Shown one piece after another: positions 46,962-60,175 of a stretch of DNA of 64,000 nt. The notes beneath the pieces are model-generated. The model was not told where the DNA came from, ran no database searches, and saw only the letters and a list, made by a program, of their open reading frames with translations. A program made the translations under genes and the position numbers. Location of the stretch: assembly GCA_963737265.1 (NCBI GenBank), contig CAVTRY010000022.1, forward strand, positions 64,001-128,000. The letters are read 5' to 3'. Each line of letters begins with the position of its first letter. Position 1 is the stretch's first letter. This DNA comes from an uncultured delta proteobacterium (GTDB lineage Bacteria; Myxococcota_A; Polyangia; Fen-1088).

Positions 46962-49831
46962 GGCTTGCTCTCCGCCGCCACGGGGAAGACGACGCCAATG
47001 GACTTGCACAGCGGGGCGGGTTCCGGCCGGACCACGAGATGCCCGCCCCAGCGGCGAGTGGTGTCGCGTACGATGCCGAGCCCGCGCTGCCCATCGCGTG
47101 CTTCGATATCAGCCAAAGACACGGCTACCGGGGCGGAATCGGCAACGAGCACGGAAACCAAGCGGCGGCCGGTGACGTCACGGCCGCTCTCCACGCGCAG
47201 TTGAAGACGCGCATCGGGCCGGCCCGCCACCGCTGCGGCGGCATTGCGCAGAAGGTTGACGACTGTAGTAGCCAGGGCAGATTCGGGCACTGGCACGGCA
47301 ACGTCGTACGCGTCGACGAGAACAGCGGGTCTCGTCCACCCGCCTTTGCCGATCTCGGTTTCTACCATCTCGATGAAGCGCAGGAGCCGCCCGGGATCAA
47401 TCTCCGTGCGCGGACCCGCGGTAAGGAGTGCCTGCAACTTGGGCGCGTGTTCCTCGCGGAAAATGGCATCGAAGGCGCGCAGTTTTTCGTCCCGGTTTTT
47501 CTCGCTCACGAGTTTTTCCACGTTCTCGAAATCCCGGTGCAAGGGCCCCAGCACGGGTTCGCGCCGCAAGGGCCGCAGCACCAGCCCGAGCGAGCGCGCG
47601 TGGTCGGCCAGGCGCTGGTAGAGGGTCTCAAGCGCTTGGGAGAGCTTGCTGGGTTCGAGGAAGGTTCGCACGACCGAATCGCGCGCATTCGCCGTCCCGA
47701 TCATGCCGAGGCTGCTGGCGCGATGTTTGAGTAGATCGTGGCGAATTTCAGCCACGGAGCGCGCCAGCTCGGGGAAGAAGTCGGGCTTGCGTCGTACGGC
47801 GCGCGCGAGGCTGCTGCCGCGAAGGCGGGCGCGCAAGAACGCGACAAGCACGACGGCCGCGGCGAAAAGCCCTAGCCACCCGATGCGCGCGGTCCGAGCC
47901 GCTGCGCGCGCCCGCTCGCTTTCGGCGGCGGCGCCGAGCTCAGCGACCAATCGTTCGGCGACGCCGCGGTAGGGATCGTCGCTATCGGCCTCGGCGAGAA
48001 ATGCGCGCGCCAGTCCAAGCGCTGCATCTGGTTGCCCGCGCTCTCGCTCGATTCTTGCCAGCGCCCAAGCAGCGAGCGGCAGCCCCGCGCGACGCGCCTG
48101 GCGCAGATAGGATTCAAGCGCGACCGATTCCGCCTGGGGAAGACGGGCCGCGAGGAGCGCCAAGCGAGCAAGGGCCGCCCGCTCTTGGCCGGCCTGCGCT
48201 GCCCCGACCGCCTGACGATAGCAGATCGTGGCGCCCACTCGGTCACCTTGGTATTCCCGCACGCGCCCCAATTCGACGAGATACGCCGACGGCAAGTCGG
48301 CGCGACAGGGGCCGCCTAGAATCTGCTCCGCAGCCTCGGGCTGGTCCGCGAGCACCAAGCGTCGCGCATGCTGTATGGGATCCGTTTGCTGGCCAGCGAG
48401 CGTGGAGCGCAATGCGCGCGCCTCGGCTAGGTGCGGTGGATCCGAGCGGGTGGTGACGTAGACCTGCAGGTCGGCGAGAGCGCCACCCTTGTCGCCAGTG
48501 CGGCTGCGCAGGAGTGCGCGCGCGTAGCGCGCCTCGGACGCACCTCGTTCGATGGCGCGATCCAGCCACGGTAGAACCATGGCTTGGATGGTGCCATCGG
48601 CGCGCTGGCCGAGCACGAGTTCGGACAAATGGGCCAGCGAAGGTCCGTCGGACCACAGCGCCTTCACCGTCGCGCTCGGCACCTTACCGGTCAGACTGAA
48701 ATTCGCCGCAGCCGCCTCGACGAAAGCGGGCGACTCGGCCAGCGCCTGCGACAGAAGGGGCAGAGCCAGCTCGGGCGCATCGTCGTCGATCCAGCGCTGG
48801 GCTTCTTGGAAGAGCTCGCGCGCCTTCCCCGTCGGCGCCGGTGACGAAGGCGCGGCCGGCTGCCCCGCCTCGACCTGGTGGCGCAAGGCGAGTTTGCGTC
48901 GCAGCTCGCGCAGCTCATCCCACGCGGGTTCGAGGGCCAGGGCTCGGCGCAAAGCGAGGTCGGCACGCCCGGCTTCGAGGGCGCCGCCGTGCTCGGCCAG
49001 AATGGTGCCGAGGAGGCGCCACGCCTCGCCGTGCGAGGGACGAAACTGCAACAATAGTGACAGCTCCGCCTCGGCCCCGTCGAAACGACCATCCTGCGCC
49101 AGGGCGCGAGCGCGCAGGAAACGAGCCTGGCCGCAGCCGGGCTTGCCGGCGAGGAGAGTAGCAGTGCGTTCGAGCACGAGGCGAACGTCACCCTGACGCA
49201 AGGCAAGCTGGGCGCGTGCTAACGACTGGCGCTCGCCGTCGGAAAGCAGCGGCTCGGGCCAGTCTTCGAGCGCGAGCGCCGCTTCGTCGGCTGCGATGGC
49301 ATCGACCATATCGTGCAGTCGAGCGGGCTGTGGTCCAGGAAGCGCCAGGAGAGGTTGCAGCCTTGCGCGCGCGGCAGCGAGACGGCCCAGGCTCCGTTCG
49401 AGGTTGGCCAGAGCCATCGTGATCGCCGCCTGGCCGCGCTCGTTGCCCTTGACGTCGCCGAACCCGCGTTCGAGGCGCGCGACGATCTCATTGCCACGCT
49501 GAAATCGATCGGGAGATTGCGCGAGAAGGTCTGCGAGATTGACGTAGGCATAGAATCGATGGGGATCGAGATCCATCGCGCGTCGCAAATATAGCTCCGC
49601 CTCGCGTGGTTTTCCTTGCTTGCCAAGTGCAAAGCCGAGGTCGGTGGCGATGGCCGCGCTGGTCGGTCGTTTGGCCAAAGCGACTCGCAACTCGGCCACG
49701 GCGCCATCGAGATCCCCGCGCCGCAATTTGCCGAGTCCAGCATCGACGAAGGTCTGCGGCGCGAGTGCGGTACCTCCGTCCTGGGCAAACGCCGCGGATC
49801 CGGCCAACAACAGCAGGACGGCGCTTCTCAC
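46958..49831 (-). CDS. TPR-rich membrane protein with histidine-kinase-like C-terminus
   Basis: GTG 49831 overlaps the upstream stop; signal peptide, many TPRs, one TM, 'EIRHDLLK', N-box 'VNLLRNA', 'RGLGIVR'. Confidence 0.72.
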   Translation of the reverse strand: MRSAVLLLLAGSAAFAQDGGTALAPQTFVDAGLGKLRRGDLDGAVAELRVALAKRPTSAAIATDLGFALGKQGKPREAELYLRRAMDLDPHRFYAYVNLADLLAQSPDRFQRGNEIVARLERGFGDVKGNERGQAAITMALANLERSLGRLAAARARLQPLLALPGPQPARLHDMVDAIAADEAALALEDWPEPLLSDGERQSLARAQLALRQGDVRLVLERTATLLAGKPGCGQARFLRARALAQDGRFDGAEAELSLLLQFRPSHGEAWRLLGTILAEHGGALEAGRADLALRRALALEPAWDELRELRRKLALRHQVEAGQPAAPSSPAPTGKARELFQEAQRWIDDDAPELALPLLSQALAESPAFVEAAAANFSLTGKVPSATVKALWSDGPSLAHLSELVLGQRADGTIQAMVLPWLDRAIERGASEARYARALLRSRTGDKGGALADLQVYVTTRSDPPHLAEARALRSTLAGQQTDPIQHARRLVLADQPEAAEQILGGPCRADLPSAYLVELGRVREYQGDRVGATICYRQAVGAAQAGQERAALARLALLAARLPQAESVALESYLRQARRAGLPLAAWALARIERERGQPDAALGLARAFLAEADSDDPYRGVAERLVAELGAAAESERARAAARTARIGWLGLFAAAVVLVAFLRARLRGSSLARAVRRKPDFFPELARSVAEIRHDLLKHRASSLGMIGTANARDSVVRTFLEPSKLSQALETLYQRLADHARSLGLVLRPLRREPVLGPLHRDFENVEKLVSEKNRDEKLRAFDAIFREEHAPKLQALLTAGPRTEIDPGRLLRFIEMVETEIGKGGWTRPAVLVDAYDVAVPVPESALATTVVNLLRNAAAAVAGRPDARLQLRVESGRDVTGRRLVSVLVADSAPVAVSLADIEARDGQRGLGIVRDTTRRWGGHLVVRPEPAPLCKSIGVVFPVAAESKP

Positions 49832-51549
49832 GGTTCTCTCAGCTCGCGCAGGCGCAGGCCCAGTTGGTTGAGTCGCAGATGCACCTTGCGGGCCGCGCCC
49901 TTTTGGCCGAGCAATTCTTGCCCCATGCGCTCCAGATCGCCGTCGGTGGCCCGAAAAAGGGCACGCAAGTATTGGCGCTCGACCTCGGCCGAGATGCGGG
50001 CGAAGCTCGATGCGCGCGGGATCTCGATCTCCAGGCGGCGTCCGCGATCGCCAGCCCCCGGCGGGCGGCTGGGCCGAAGCGTCGGCGTGCGGTCGGCCGC
50101 ACCGCCGACGAGCTTCTCCACCTGGGCATCGGACAGGTTGAGGATGGCGGGCGCGCGCACGATGGGACCGTCCGTCGCCACATCCAAGTGACCAGCCAAG
50201 GCATGCACCAAGGCATTGATGGCAAATAGCCGCAGCTCGCGCAGATTTCCCGGCCAGTCGTGTTCGCCAAGCCGGCGCAAGGCCACGCGCGATAGAAAAA
50301 CGGTGAAGCCCTCGGACACCGCCTCGCGCACGGTTGGGCGGGCGAAGTGCACGATGGAGGCGTCGTCGCGAAAGTCGCTCGGCGTGGGGAAACGGGCGAG
50401 GAACTGCCGCACCAGCGGGCGCAGGCCTTCCGAGCGCAAGGCTTCGAGAAGCAGAAAGCGCAATAGCTCCGACAGATCCTCCCGCCGCTCGCGCAGCGCG
50501 GGCATGTGGAGCCGCGTCGAGGGATCGAGGCGCATGTAGAGGTCGGCGCGAAATCGGCCGGCGCGCACCAGGGCCGCGAGATCCTGGTTGGTGGCCGCCA
50601 CCAGCTTGGGCGCCGCGGGTCGGGGCTTGGCGTCGCCGAGACGCGTGACCTGACCGCGTTCGAGCACCAGCAAGAGCTGGCGTTGCAGATCCAGATCGAG
50701 GTTGGCGATTTCGTCGAGAAACAACGTGCCGCCGTGGGCGTGCTCGAACACTCCGACGTGGTCGTCGACAGCGCCGGTGTAGGCTCCGCGGCGAGCGCCG
50801 AAAAGATGGGCGGGCAAAAGCGTCGCGGGAATGGTGGATAAATCCGTCACCACGAGCGGGCCCTTGGCGCCCGAGCGAGGATGAATCACGTGTTCGGCGA
50901 TGAAACTCTTGCCTGTGCCGGTTTCGCCTTCGACCAGCACCGGCAGCGGCGAACGCGCGAGCACGTCGATGGATCGGCGCAATTCCAGCATGGCCGGGCT
51001 GCGGCCCCAGAACACCGGACCATCCTGCGTGCTGGTGTGAATGGCCAGAACGCGGCGGATCTCGGCAGCGAGGCTGCGTGAATCCACGATTTCGTTCTCG
51101 CAAAAGTAGACCAACGGATCGCACGCCAGGGAAGGCCCGAGCTCGGCACCGGTGGTGGTCAACATGACCACGGGCAGGCTGGGCCAGGCCGCGCGCAGGC
51201 GATCGAGGATGAGCAGGCCCTGGCGGCGGCGCAAATCCTCGACAGCGGCGCGCCGGGCGCGCGCCTCGCTGGGCAGGGCGGACTTGTCCTGTGGTAGGAG
51301 CCGCGCTTCGGGCAGGGCGAAGTGCAGGTCGAGAAGAACGAGGTCGGGCAACGCCTCGGCCTTTTGCAAAACCTCGTCCGCCTCGACATAGTCATGGGCG
51401 CACTTGAGGGTACAGCCGCGGTCACGCTCTTCGCAGACCTGGCAAGGGATCTTGCGCCCACACCGGGTCAAGTAGTCGAACTGCGCGAGTTGGCGATGGC
51501 ACATCTCGACGGTCTGGTCGCGATCGTCGATCACGAGAATTCTAGGCAT
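49828..51549 (-). CDS. Sigma54-dependent enhancer-binding response regulator
   Basis: REC 'ILVIDD...LLDL'; 'GETGTGKS', 'GAYTGA', 'GGTLFLDEI', 'FRADLY', 'WPGNLREL'; C-terminal HTH-like region. Confidence 0.9.
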   Translation of the reverse strand: MPRILVIDDRDQTVEMCHRQLAQFDYLTRCGRKIPCQVCEERDRGCTLKCAHDYVEADEVLQKAEALPDLVLLDLHFALPEARLLPQDKSALPSEARARRAAVEDLRRRQGLLILDRLRAAWPSLPVVMLTTTGAELGPSLACDPLVYFCENEIVDSRSLAAEIRRVLAIHTSTQDGPVFWGRSPAMLELRRSIDVLARSPLPVLVEGETGTGKSFIAEHVIHPRSGAKGPLVVTDLSTIPATLLPAHLFGARRGAYTGAVDDHVGVFEHAHGGTLFLDEIANLDLDLQRQLLLVLERGQVTRLGDAKPRPAAPKLVAATNQDLAALVRAGRFRADLYMRLDPSTRLHMPALRERREDLSELLRFLLLEALRSEGLRPLVRQFLARFPTPSDFRDDASIVHFARPTVREAVSEGFTVFLSRVALRRLGEHDWPGNLRELRLFAINALVHALAGHLDVATDGPIVRAPAILNLSDAQVEKLVGGAADRTPTLRPSRPPGAGDRGRRLEIEIPRASSFARISAEVERQYLRALFRATDGDLERMGQELLGQKGAARKVHLRLNQLGLRLRELREP

Positions 51550-51886
51550 GGTCTCCCTTTCCCTTCACGGCTCGTGCCAGGACGTCGAAGGCAGTCTCCA
51601 GGGCCAGTACGGGCGCCAAATCGTCGGCCAGCGCCGCGCGTTCCGCCACGGCCACCGCTTCGGCAAAGGCCCGACGAACATGCGGTGTCAGCGCAGCGGG
51701 CGCGTCGGCCACGAGCGCCTCCCACAGCGCGTTGGCCATGATGGGCCGGCCCTCATCATCGACGAGAGCGGCGCGCAGCTCGCCGGGGCGCACGGGACCG
51801 CCGAGGTCGCGTCGGTCGCGCGCACACCACAGCAGGCGTTTGACGAGATCGTGGCGAACCCGGGCCAGCCACGCGTGCTCTTGCAT
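51542..51886 (-). CDS. Small helical hypothetical protein with RHDL motif
   Basis: First gene of the overlapping operon; 'ARVRHDLVKR'. Confidence 0.65.
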   Translation of the reverse strand: MQEHAWLARVRHDLVKRLLWCARDRRDLGGPVRPGELRAALVDDEGRPIMANALWEALVADAPAALTPHVRRAFAEAVAVAERAALADDLAPVLALETAFDVLARAVKGKGDHA

Positions 51887-51890
51887 GAGA

Positions 51891-51984
51891 TTCTATATAA
51901 ACGATAGTCGCTTTCGTAGATACGGTCGTGGCGCCTCGTCGAAAGCCACGCATCTTCACCTCCGGCGCTGGCATGGCGACTGCA
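51891..51984 (+). promoter_or_regulatory. Putative UAS (51891-51920) and sigma54 promoter (51968-51984)
   Basis: TTCTATAT-N16-CGTAGA followed by CTGGCATGGCGACTGCA (GG-N10-GC). Confidence 0.6.
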
Positions 51985-52030
51985 TTGTCCAACTCCTCGA
52001 ACCCCAACCAAGGAGACTTCGATGATAAAT

Positions 52031-52426
52031 ATGACCGGCCTCGCATTTTTCCTCTCGGCTTCCTCATTCCCTGGCGCCCCAACCGTCGCCGTGCAACCCG
52101 AGGTGCGGTTGGTTCTCGGCTATCAAGTCAAAGACCACCAGATCGTCGAGGTCCCGGACCCGCACGTGTATCGCGCGGGTGAACCCATCATCGCCTGGAC
52201 CGAAATCGCCGGGCTTGCCACGGGGTTCGTTGAGCACGTGTGGTTCCGTAACGGCCAGGAGGTCGCGCGGCACTATCTGCCGGTCAGCCACGGACGGCGC
52301 TGGCGAACCTGGTCGCGCCACACACCCTCAGCCGGCAATTACCGCGTCGATGTGCTTGGTCCCGACGGAAAAAGGCTGGCGGTCACCGCCTTCCAGGTAA
52401 CCAGGCGGACTAGCAAGCCGGACTAA
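52031..52426 (+). CDS. DUF2914-like exported protein
   Basis: GGAG RBS; 'AWTEI.G....VEHVWFRNG', 'RWRTWS', 'G.YRVDV..PDG..L'. Confidence 0.7.
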   Translation: MTGLAFFLSASSFPGAPTVAVQPEVRLVLGYQVKDHQIVEVPDPHVYRAGEPIIAWTEIAGLATGFVEHVWFRNGQEVARHYLPVSHGRRWRTWSRHTPSAGNYRVDVLGPDGKRLAVTAFQVTRRTSKPD

Positions 52427-52530
52427 GCCCGCAGGCGGCGTCACGCCGTGGTGCGAAGTGATGCGAAATGATGCGAGGACAGGCAGGACGACAGGGAGGG
52501 TTATGTCCGCTACAATGACCCTCCACGACT

Positions 52531-55035
<2,505 letters not shown>

Positions 55036-55038
55036 CCG

Positions 55039-56808
55039 CTAGAAACGGCCTTGCGACATCAGGCCGGGCAAGAGCTCGGGCGTACCCGAGGTCGACTCGA
55101 CAGGCACGACCCCGGGCATGGGCATGAAGGACAGCAGTCGCCGATCCGGCAACGCCTCGTGGACCTTGTCGTAGCTCATGGTGAGCAGCCAACCGGTGAC
55201 GAGACCGAGGCCCGCGCCAACGAGGGCGAATCGAGCCGAGCGGTCGTTCAGGGCGAAGGACGAGTCGGCGCAGTGGATGCGCGTGGTCTCGGTACCGATG
55301 GTGGTTGTTCGGGAGCATAGTTCAATCGTGGTGGCGAAGACCGCCCCCGCGAGGCCCGCCAGATCGACCATCATGACCCGTTGCCAAGTTGGCCCATAGA
55401 CGCGCTGGTCGGGCAGATACGCCATGGCCAGGCCCGTGCCCAAGCCGAGGTTGAGGCCAGCAAGTATGCCCCAAGCCAGCCGCTGCTTGATTTGGTTGCG
55501 GTAGTGAGCGTACGCGCTGGCTTCGCCTGGAGTCGTGCGCGCAGGTACAGTTTGGGGCAAGCTCAGCTGCGGCTCCGCGACCGCCGTGGGGTACAGCCCG
55601 AGCGCCGGTACCGCGATCGCTCCCGCAATGGCGCCGAGGACGGCAGCGCTTTGCACGAGAGCCACGCGCCCATAGTTGGGTGATTTGTCGTCGAGCCACC
55701 AACCTGTGAAGGCACCGGCGGTAAGTCCGGCGGCGCCGCCGAGCCAAGTTGCCGTCCAGTTATGGGAAAGCCCCATGGCCAGCGTGGCGCCCTCCACGTC
55801 CGCTATCCACATCGAGCCGATGCGAAACAGGGCCAGATTGTCGCGAATGTAGTTAGGCACGAGCGCCGTGGTCGACGACAAGACGCCGAGACTGAGTCCA
55901 CCGGCGAGCATGCCGGCGCCAAACAGCGAGATCGACAGCGAGGCGCGAAGATCCCTTGGATTTCCCTGCGTGAGCACCGCAAGGCCCCCGCTCACGGCGC
56001 CAACTCCACTCCAGAAACCAATCAGCTCGGGCCGCCCCGAGCGCTGCACGTAGTTGAGGGGAAGCTCGATTACACGATTTTCACCCGGGCCAAGCGTGAT
56101 GACTTCGCGCTTAGCTTGGTAGTAGGACGCCTCGGCGTAGATTTCGTAGCTGCCGGGGGGCACGTCCTGAACGTAGGGATTCTGCGTGCGGTTGCCGCGC
56201 ACGAACAGCGCCGCGCTGGCGGGAAGCGTGCGCACTAGGAGATGGGCTGGGATGGGTTCGAGCTTGAAGAAGAGCGGCTTGGTCTCCGCCACCTCGATGG
56301 ACAGCTCGCGCGATTCGCTGGCGAAGTTGGGTTTGGCTACGGTCACGCGATAGTGGCCGCGCGGCACGCGAAACTGGTTGGGGGCCTGGCCGGTCATGGC
56401 CGTGCCCTCGCCCTCGATGCGCACCTCGACCTGGTCGGGCACGGTGTTGATAGCGAACACGCCGGGCCGATGGTTGATGGCCTCAATGCGCAGGCGGGCC
56501 AGATCCGACAGCTCGCCCTGCGGTTGGTCGTTCAAGAACGTCTGGTAGTGGGCGCGCGCATCCACGAGCTGGCCCAAGTGGTATTCGCACTGGGCGATCA
56601 TGAAGATGTTTTCCTTCTTGGGGGCGAGCTCGTTGGCGAGCTGAAACTCGACCAAGGCCTGCTCCTTGTTGCCCGATTCGAAGAGACCTACGCCGGCTTC
56701 GTAGTGCTTGTGCGCGCGTTCGAGCGCATCCGTCTCCTGCGCCCGTGCCGCGTGGCCGTGGACGACGAGGAGGAGCACCAGCGAGCCGACGAGCGCACGC
56801 ACAGTCAC
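55039..56808 (-). CDS. TPR plus PEGA domain membrane protein
   Basis: GTG 56808 overlaps the kinase stop; signal peptide, TPR, two PEGA-like repeats, Gly-rich hydrophobic C-terminus. Confidence 0.72.
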   Translation of the reverse strand: MTVRALVGSLVLLLVVHGHAARAQETDALERAHKHYEAGVGLFESGNKEQALVEFQLANELAPKKENIFMIAQCEYHLGQLVDARAHYQTFLNDQPQGELSDLARLRIEAINHRPGVFAINTVPDQVEVRIEGEGTAMTGQAPNQFRVPRGHYRVTVAKPNFASESRELSIEVAETKPLFFKLEPIPAHLLVRTLPASAALFVRGNRTQNPYVQDVPPGSYEIYAEASYYQAKREVITLGPGENRVIELPLNYVQRSGRPELIGFWSGVGAVSGGLAVLTQGNPRDLRASLSISLFGAGMLAGGLSLGVLSSTTALVPNYIRDNLALFRIGSMWIADVEGATLAMGLSHNWTATWLGGAAGLTAGAFTGWWLDDKSPNYGRVALVQSAAVLGAIAGAIAVPALGLYPTAVAEPQLSLPQTVPARTTPGEASAYAHYRNQIKQRLAWGILAGLNLGLGTGLAMAYLPDQRVYGPTWQRVMMVDLAGLAGAVFATTIELCSRTTTIGTETTRIHCADSSFALNDRSARFALVGAGLGLVTGWLLTMSYDKVHEALPDRRLLSFMPMPGVVPVESTSGTPELLPGLMSQGRF

Positions 56809-58190
56809 GGAGTATAGGGCGAGGGCGCGACTTTGTCGTCGGCCTTGCTCTTCTTGGGCGGCGGTGTGGCCTGCGCCGCCAGCCCTGCGGGGCGCGCCGG
56901 GTGGCTCTTGCCGACCCGCCGGATGCGCTCCATCAGGGAGCTGGGGATGGATGGCGGTACGCTCGCAGCAACCGCGCTGACGACCGGGGCTTTGCTCGGC
57001 TCTGGATTCTTCTCCGAACGAGGATTGGCCGCGGTGACAAGAGTGGTCGGTGGCGCTGCGGGTGGCGAAATCGCCGTCTCCTTGCCCGCCCTGGCCAGCA
57101 TAGCCGCGCTGCCGATGCCGACCACGAAAATTCCAGCCACAGCGAAGTGCCACGGCCAGCGGCGACGCGCCCGCGGCACAGGACCCGGATCTGTGCCCGC
57201 GCTGCCATCGGAAGACACATCCATCTCGCCGGCGAGCAAGCGATCCATGTCGCGCTCGAACTCCGCCATCTGTTGGTAGCGCCGGGTGCGATCCTTTTCG
57301 AGCCCGTGCATGACCACGCGATCTACCGCGCTCGGAATGCCAAGCTCCGGCCGCAGCGCCGACGGCGGTAGCGCCTCCTTGTTCAGGATTTGCGAAATCA
57401 CGCCGAGATAGTTGGCGCCGCGAAAGGGAAGCTCGCCGGTCAGGCATTCGTAAAGAATGAGCGCCGCCGCCCACAGGTCGGCACGCTCGTCGATGTCCTC
57501 GTTGCCGCTGGCTTGCTCGGGCGACATGAAGAGCGGGGTTCCCAGCACCGCGCCCGTGCGGGTGAGCCGCTGCCAATCGCTGCCGGCCTCCTCGCGCGTG
57601 CGCACCGCCTTGGACACGCCGAAATCCACCACCTTGACGAAATCCTGATCGTCGCGCCGGACGAGGTACACATTTTCCGGTTTCACATCGCGATGAACGA
57701 TTCCCTTGCGATGTGCCGCGCCGAGCGCGCTGGCGATCTGTTTGGCGATGGCGAGACTGCGCTCGATGGGCAGAGGAGCGTCGCGCATGATGAGCTCGGA
57801 CAGGGGCTCGCCCTCAAGGAACTCCATCACCACGAACGCCCGGCCGTCGCGCGTCGTGCCGAAGTCGGTCACGTCCACGATGTTCTGGTGACCGATGGAG
57901 CTGGCGAGGCGGGCCTCTTGCAGAAGGCGCGCGATGAGCTCCTGGTTTTCGAGGAACTTGTCGAGCAACACCTTGATAGCCACGCGCTTGCCGATGATGC
58001 TGTGGCGTGCTTCATAGACCGCGCCCATGCCGCCCTCGCCGATGCGGCGGATGATTTCGTAGCGCTCGGCCAACGTGGTGCCGACGAGGGGATCGAACTT
58101 GGCCGCACCTGGCGCACCCTTCCCAGTCGCCGCAGCGCTCGGATCGGTGTTCATCAGCGAGGGGTCGATGTCAGTCACGCGTCGGCGCAT
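56805..58190 (-). CDS. Serine/threonine protein kinase, membrane-anchored
   Basis: 'IGEGGMGAVY', 'VAIK', 'HRDVKPEN', 'DFG', 'MSPEQ'; TM helix. Confidence 0.95.
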   Translation of the reverse strand: MRRRVTDIDPSLMNTDPSAAATGKGAPGAAKFDPLVGTTLAERYEIIRRIGEGGMGAVYEARHSIIGKRVAIKVLLDKFLENQELIARLLQEARLASSIGHQNIVDVTDFGTTRDGRAFVVMEFLEGEPLSELIMRDAPLPIERSLAIAKQIASALGAAHRKGIVHRDVKPENVYLVRRDDQDFVKVVDFGVSKAVRTREEAGSDWQRLTRTGAVLGTPLFMSPEQASGNEDIDERADLWAAALILYECLTGELPFRGANYLGVISQILNKEALPPSALRPELGIPSAVDRVVMHGLEKDRTRRYQQMAEFERDMDRLLAGEMDVSSDGSAGTDPGPVPRARRRWPWHFAVAGIFVVGIGSAAMLARAGKETAISPPAAPPTTLVTAANPRSEKNPEPSKAPVVSAVAASVPPSIPSSLMERIRRVGKSHPARPAGLAAQATPPPKKSKADDKVAPSPYTP

Positions 58191-58315
58191 TGTAGCGCCG
58201 AAAGCCGGTCACGGCACGGGCGCGGATGGCTGCGCATTCCGCAGCGATCCGCCTTATCCGTTCTCGGCCCGGCGCGCTTGCTTGATCGTCCGAGCCGTCG
58301 TGGTAGGAAACCCGC

Positions 58316-60175
58316 ATGCCTCACTATCGTTCTCGCACGTCCACCCACGGTCGCAACATGGCTGGCGCGCGCGCCTTGTGGCGTGCCACCGGCATGAAGG
58401 ACGGAGACTTCGGCAAGCCCATCGTCGCGGTCGTGAACAGCTTCACCCAATTCGTGCCCGGCCATGTGCACCTCAAGGACTTGGGACAAATGGTTGCACG
58501 CGAGATCGAAGCCGCGGGCGGCGTGGCCAAGGAATTCGACACCATCGCCATCGACGACGGCATCGCCATGGGTCACGACGGCATGCTCTATTCGCTGCCC
58601 TCGCGCGAGCTCATCGCCGACAGCGTCGAATACATGGTCAACGCCCACTGCGCCGACGCCATGGTGTGCATTTCCAACTGCGACAAGATTACGCCCGGCA
58701 TGCTCATGGCCGCCCTGCGCCTAAACGTCCCGGCGGTTTTCGTGTCGGGCGGCCCGATGGAAGCCGGCAAGGTGAAATTGCCGAGCCAGGGCGGCAAAGA
58801 AGTTCACGTCGATCTCATCGACGCCATGGTCCAGGCGGGCAATCCCGAGGTCTCCGACGCCGACGTGGCCGAATACGAACGCTCGGCCTGCCCCACATGC
58901 GGTTCTTGTTCGGGCATGTTCACCGCGAATTCCATGAACTGCCTGACCGAAGCGCTGGGGCTTTCGCTGCCCGGCAACGGAACGGTGGTCGCCACGCACG
59001 CCGATCGCAAGGCGCTGTTCTTGCGCGCCGGCCGCGTTGTGGTCGAGCTCTGCAAGCGCTACTACGAAAAGGACGACGCCTCGGCGTTGCCGCGCTCGAT
59101 CGCCACCTTCGAAGCCTTCGAGAACGCTATGTCGCTCGACGTGGCCATGGGCGGCTCGACCAACACCGTGCTGCACTTGCTCGCGTGCGCGCGCGAGGCC
59201 GAGGTAAAATTCACCATGACCGACATCGACCGCATCTCGCGCCGGGTGCCGTGCCTGTGCAAGGTCGCGCCCTCGACCACCAAATACCATGTGGAAGACG
59301 TGCACCGCGCGGGCGGGGTGTTCGGCATCTTGGCCGAGCTCAACCGCGCCGGACTTATCCACGGCCAGGTGCCCACCGTGCACAGCAAGACCCTGGGCAA
59401 GGCCATCGTCGGGTGGGACGCGGCGACCAGCACGGATCTCTCGGTGCGCACGTTCTATTCGGCCTCGCCGGGCGGCATTCCGACCCAAGTGGCGTTCAGC
59501 CAGGATCGGCGTTTCGACACCCTCGATCTCGATCGGCATGACGGCTGCATTCGCGACAAGAAGCACGCGTACTCGCAAGACGGCGGCCTCGCCGTGCTCT
59601 ACGGCAATCTGGCCGAAAAGGGTTGCATCGTGAAGACCGCGGGCGTGGACGAGTCAGTGTGGAAATTCTCGGGCAGGGCGCGCGTATTCGAAAGTCAGGA
59701 AGAATCCGTGGAAGCCATCCTGGGTGGCAAGGTGGTCGCCGGCGACGTGGTGGTAATCCGCTACGAAGGCCCCAAAGGCGGCCCGGGCATGCAGGAAATG
59801 CTCTATCCCACGAGCTACCTCAAGTCGCGCGGCCTCGGCAGGGCGTGTGCCCTGCTCACCGATGGGCGCTTCTCGGGCGGCACGGCCGGCCTTTCCATCG
59901 GCCACGTCTCGCCCGAGGCCGCGTGCGGCGGCGCCATCGCGCTCATCGAAGAGGGCGACACCATCGAGATCGACATCCCCAACCGCCGCATCCACCTCGC
60001 CGTCGGCGAGCAAGATCTGGCCAAGCGCCGCGCCGCCATGGAAGACCGCAAGGCCTTCGCTTGGAAGCCCAAGGCCCGCCAGCGCCAGGTTTCCGCCGCG
60101 CTGCAAGCCTACGCCGCGATGACCACCAGTGCCGACACCGGCGCAGTGCGGGACATCAGTCAGCTGAAGAGCTGA
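58316..60175 (+). CDS. ilvD: Dihydroxy-acid dehydratase
   Basis: 'NCDKITPG', '[15 protein letters not shown]', 'GGSTN', 'GPGMQEM', 'TDGRFSG'. Confidence 0.97.
   Translation: MPHYRSRTSTHGRNMAGARALWRATGMKDGDFGKPIVAVVNSFTQFVPGHVHLKDLGQMVAREIEAAGGVAKEFDTIAIDDGIAMGHDGMLYSLPSRELIADSVEYMVNAHCADAMVCISNCDKITPGMLMAALRLNVPAVFVSGGPMEAGKVKLPSQGGKEVHVDLIDAMVQAGNPEVSDADVAEYERSACPTCGSCSGMFTANSMNCLTEALGLSLPGNGTVVATHADRKALFLRAGRVVVELCKRYYEKDDASALPRSIATFEAFENAMSLDVAMGGSTNTVLHLLACAREAEVKFTMTDIDRISRRVPCLCKVAPSTTKYHVEDVHRAGGVFGILAELNRAGLIHGQVPTVHSKTLGKAIVGWDAATSTDLSVRTFYSASPGGIPTQVAFSQDRRFDTLDLDRHDGCIRDKKHAYSQDGGLAVLYGNLAEKGCIVKTAGVDESVWKFSGRARVFESQEESVEAILGGKVVAGDVVVIRYEGPKGGPGMQEMLYPTSYLKSRGLGRACALLTDGRFSGGTAGLSIGHVSPEAACGGAIALIEEGDTIEIDIPNRRIHLAVGEQDLAKRRAAMEDRKAFAWKPKARQRQVSAALQAYAAMTTSADTGAVRDISQLKS

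Noticed and set aside
46958-51124. 1388-aa ORF as given in the track
   Set aside because: The N-terminal part overlaps the sigma54 regulator; the signal peptide begins at GTG 49831.
55039-57576. 845-aa ORF as given in the track
   Set aside because: The N-terminal part overlaps the kinase gene; the start is more likely GTG 56808.
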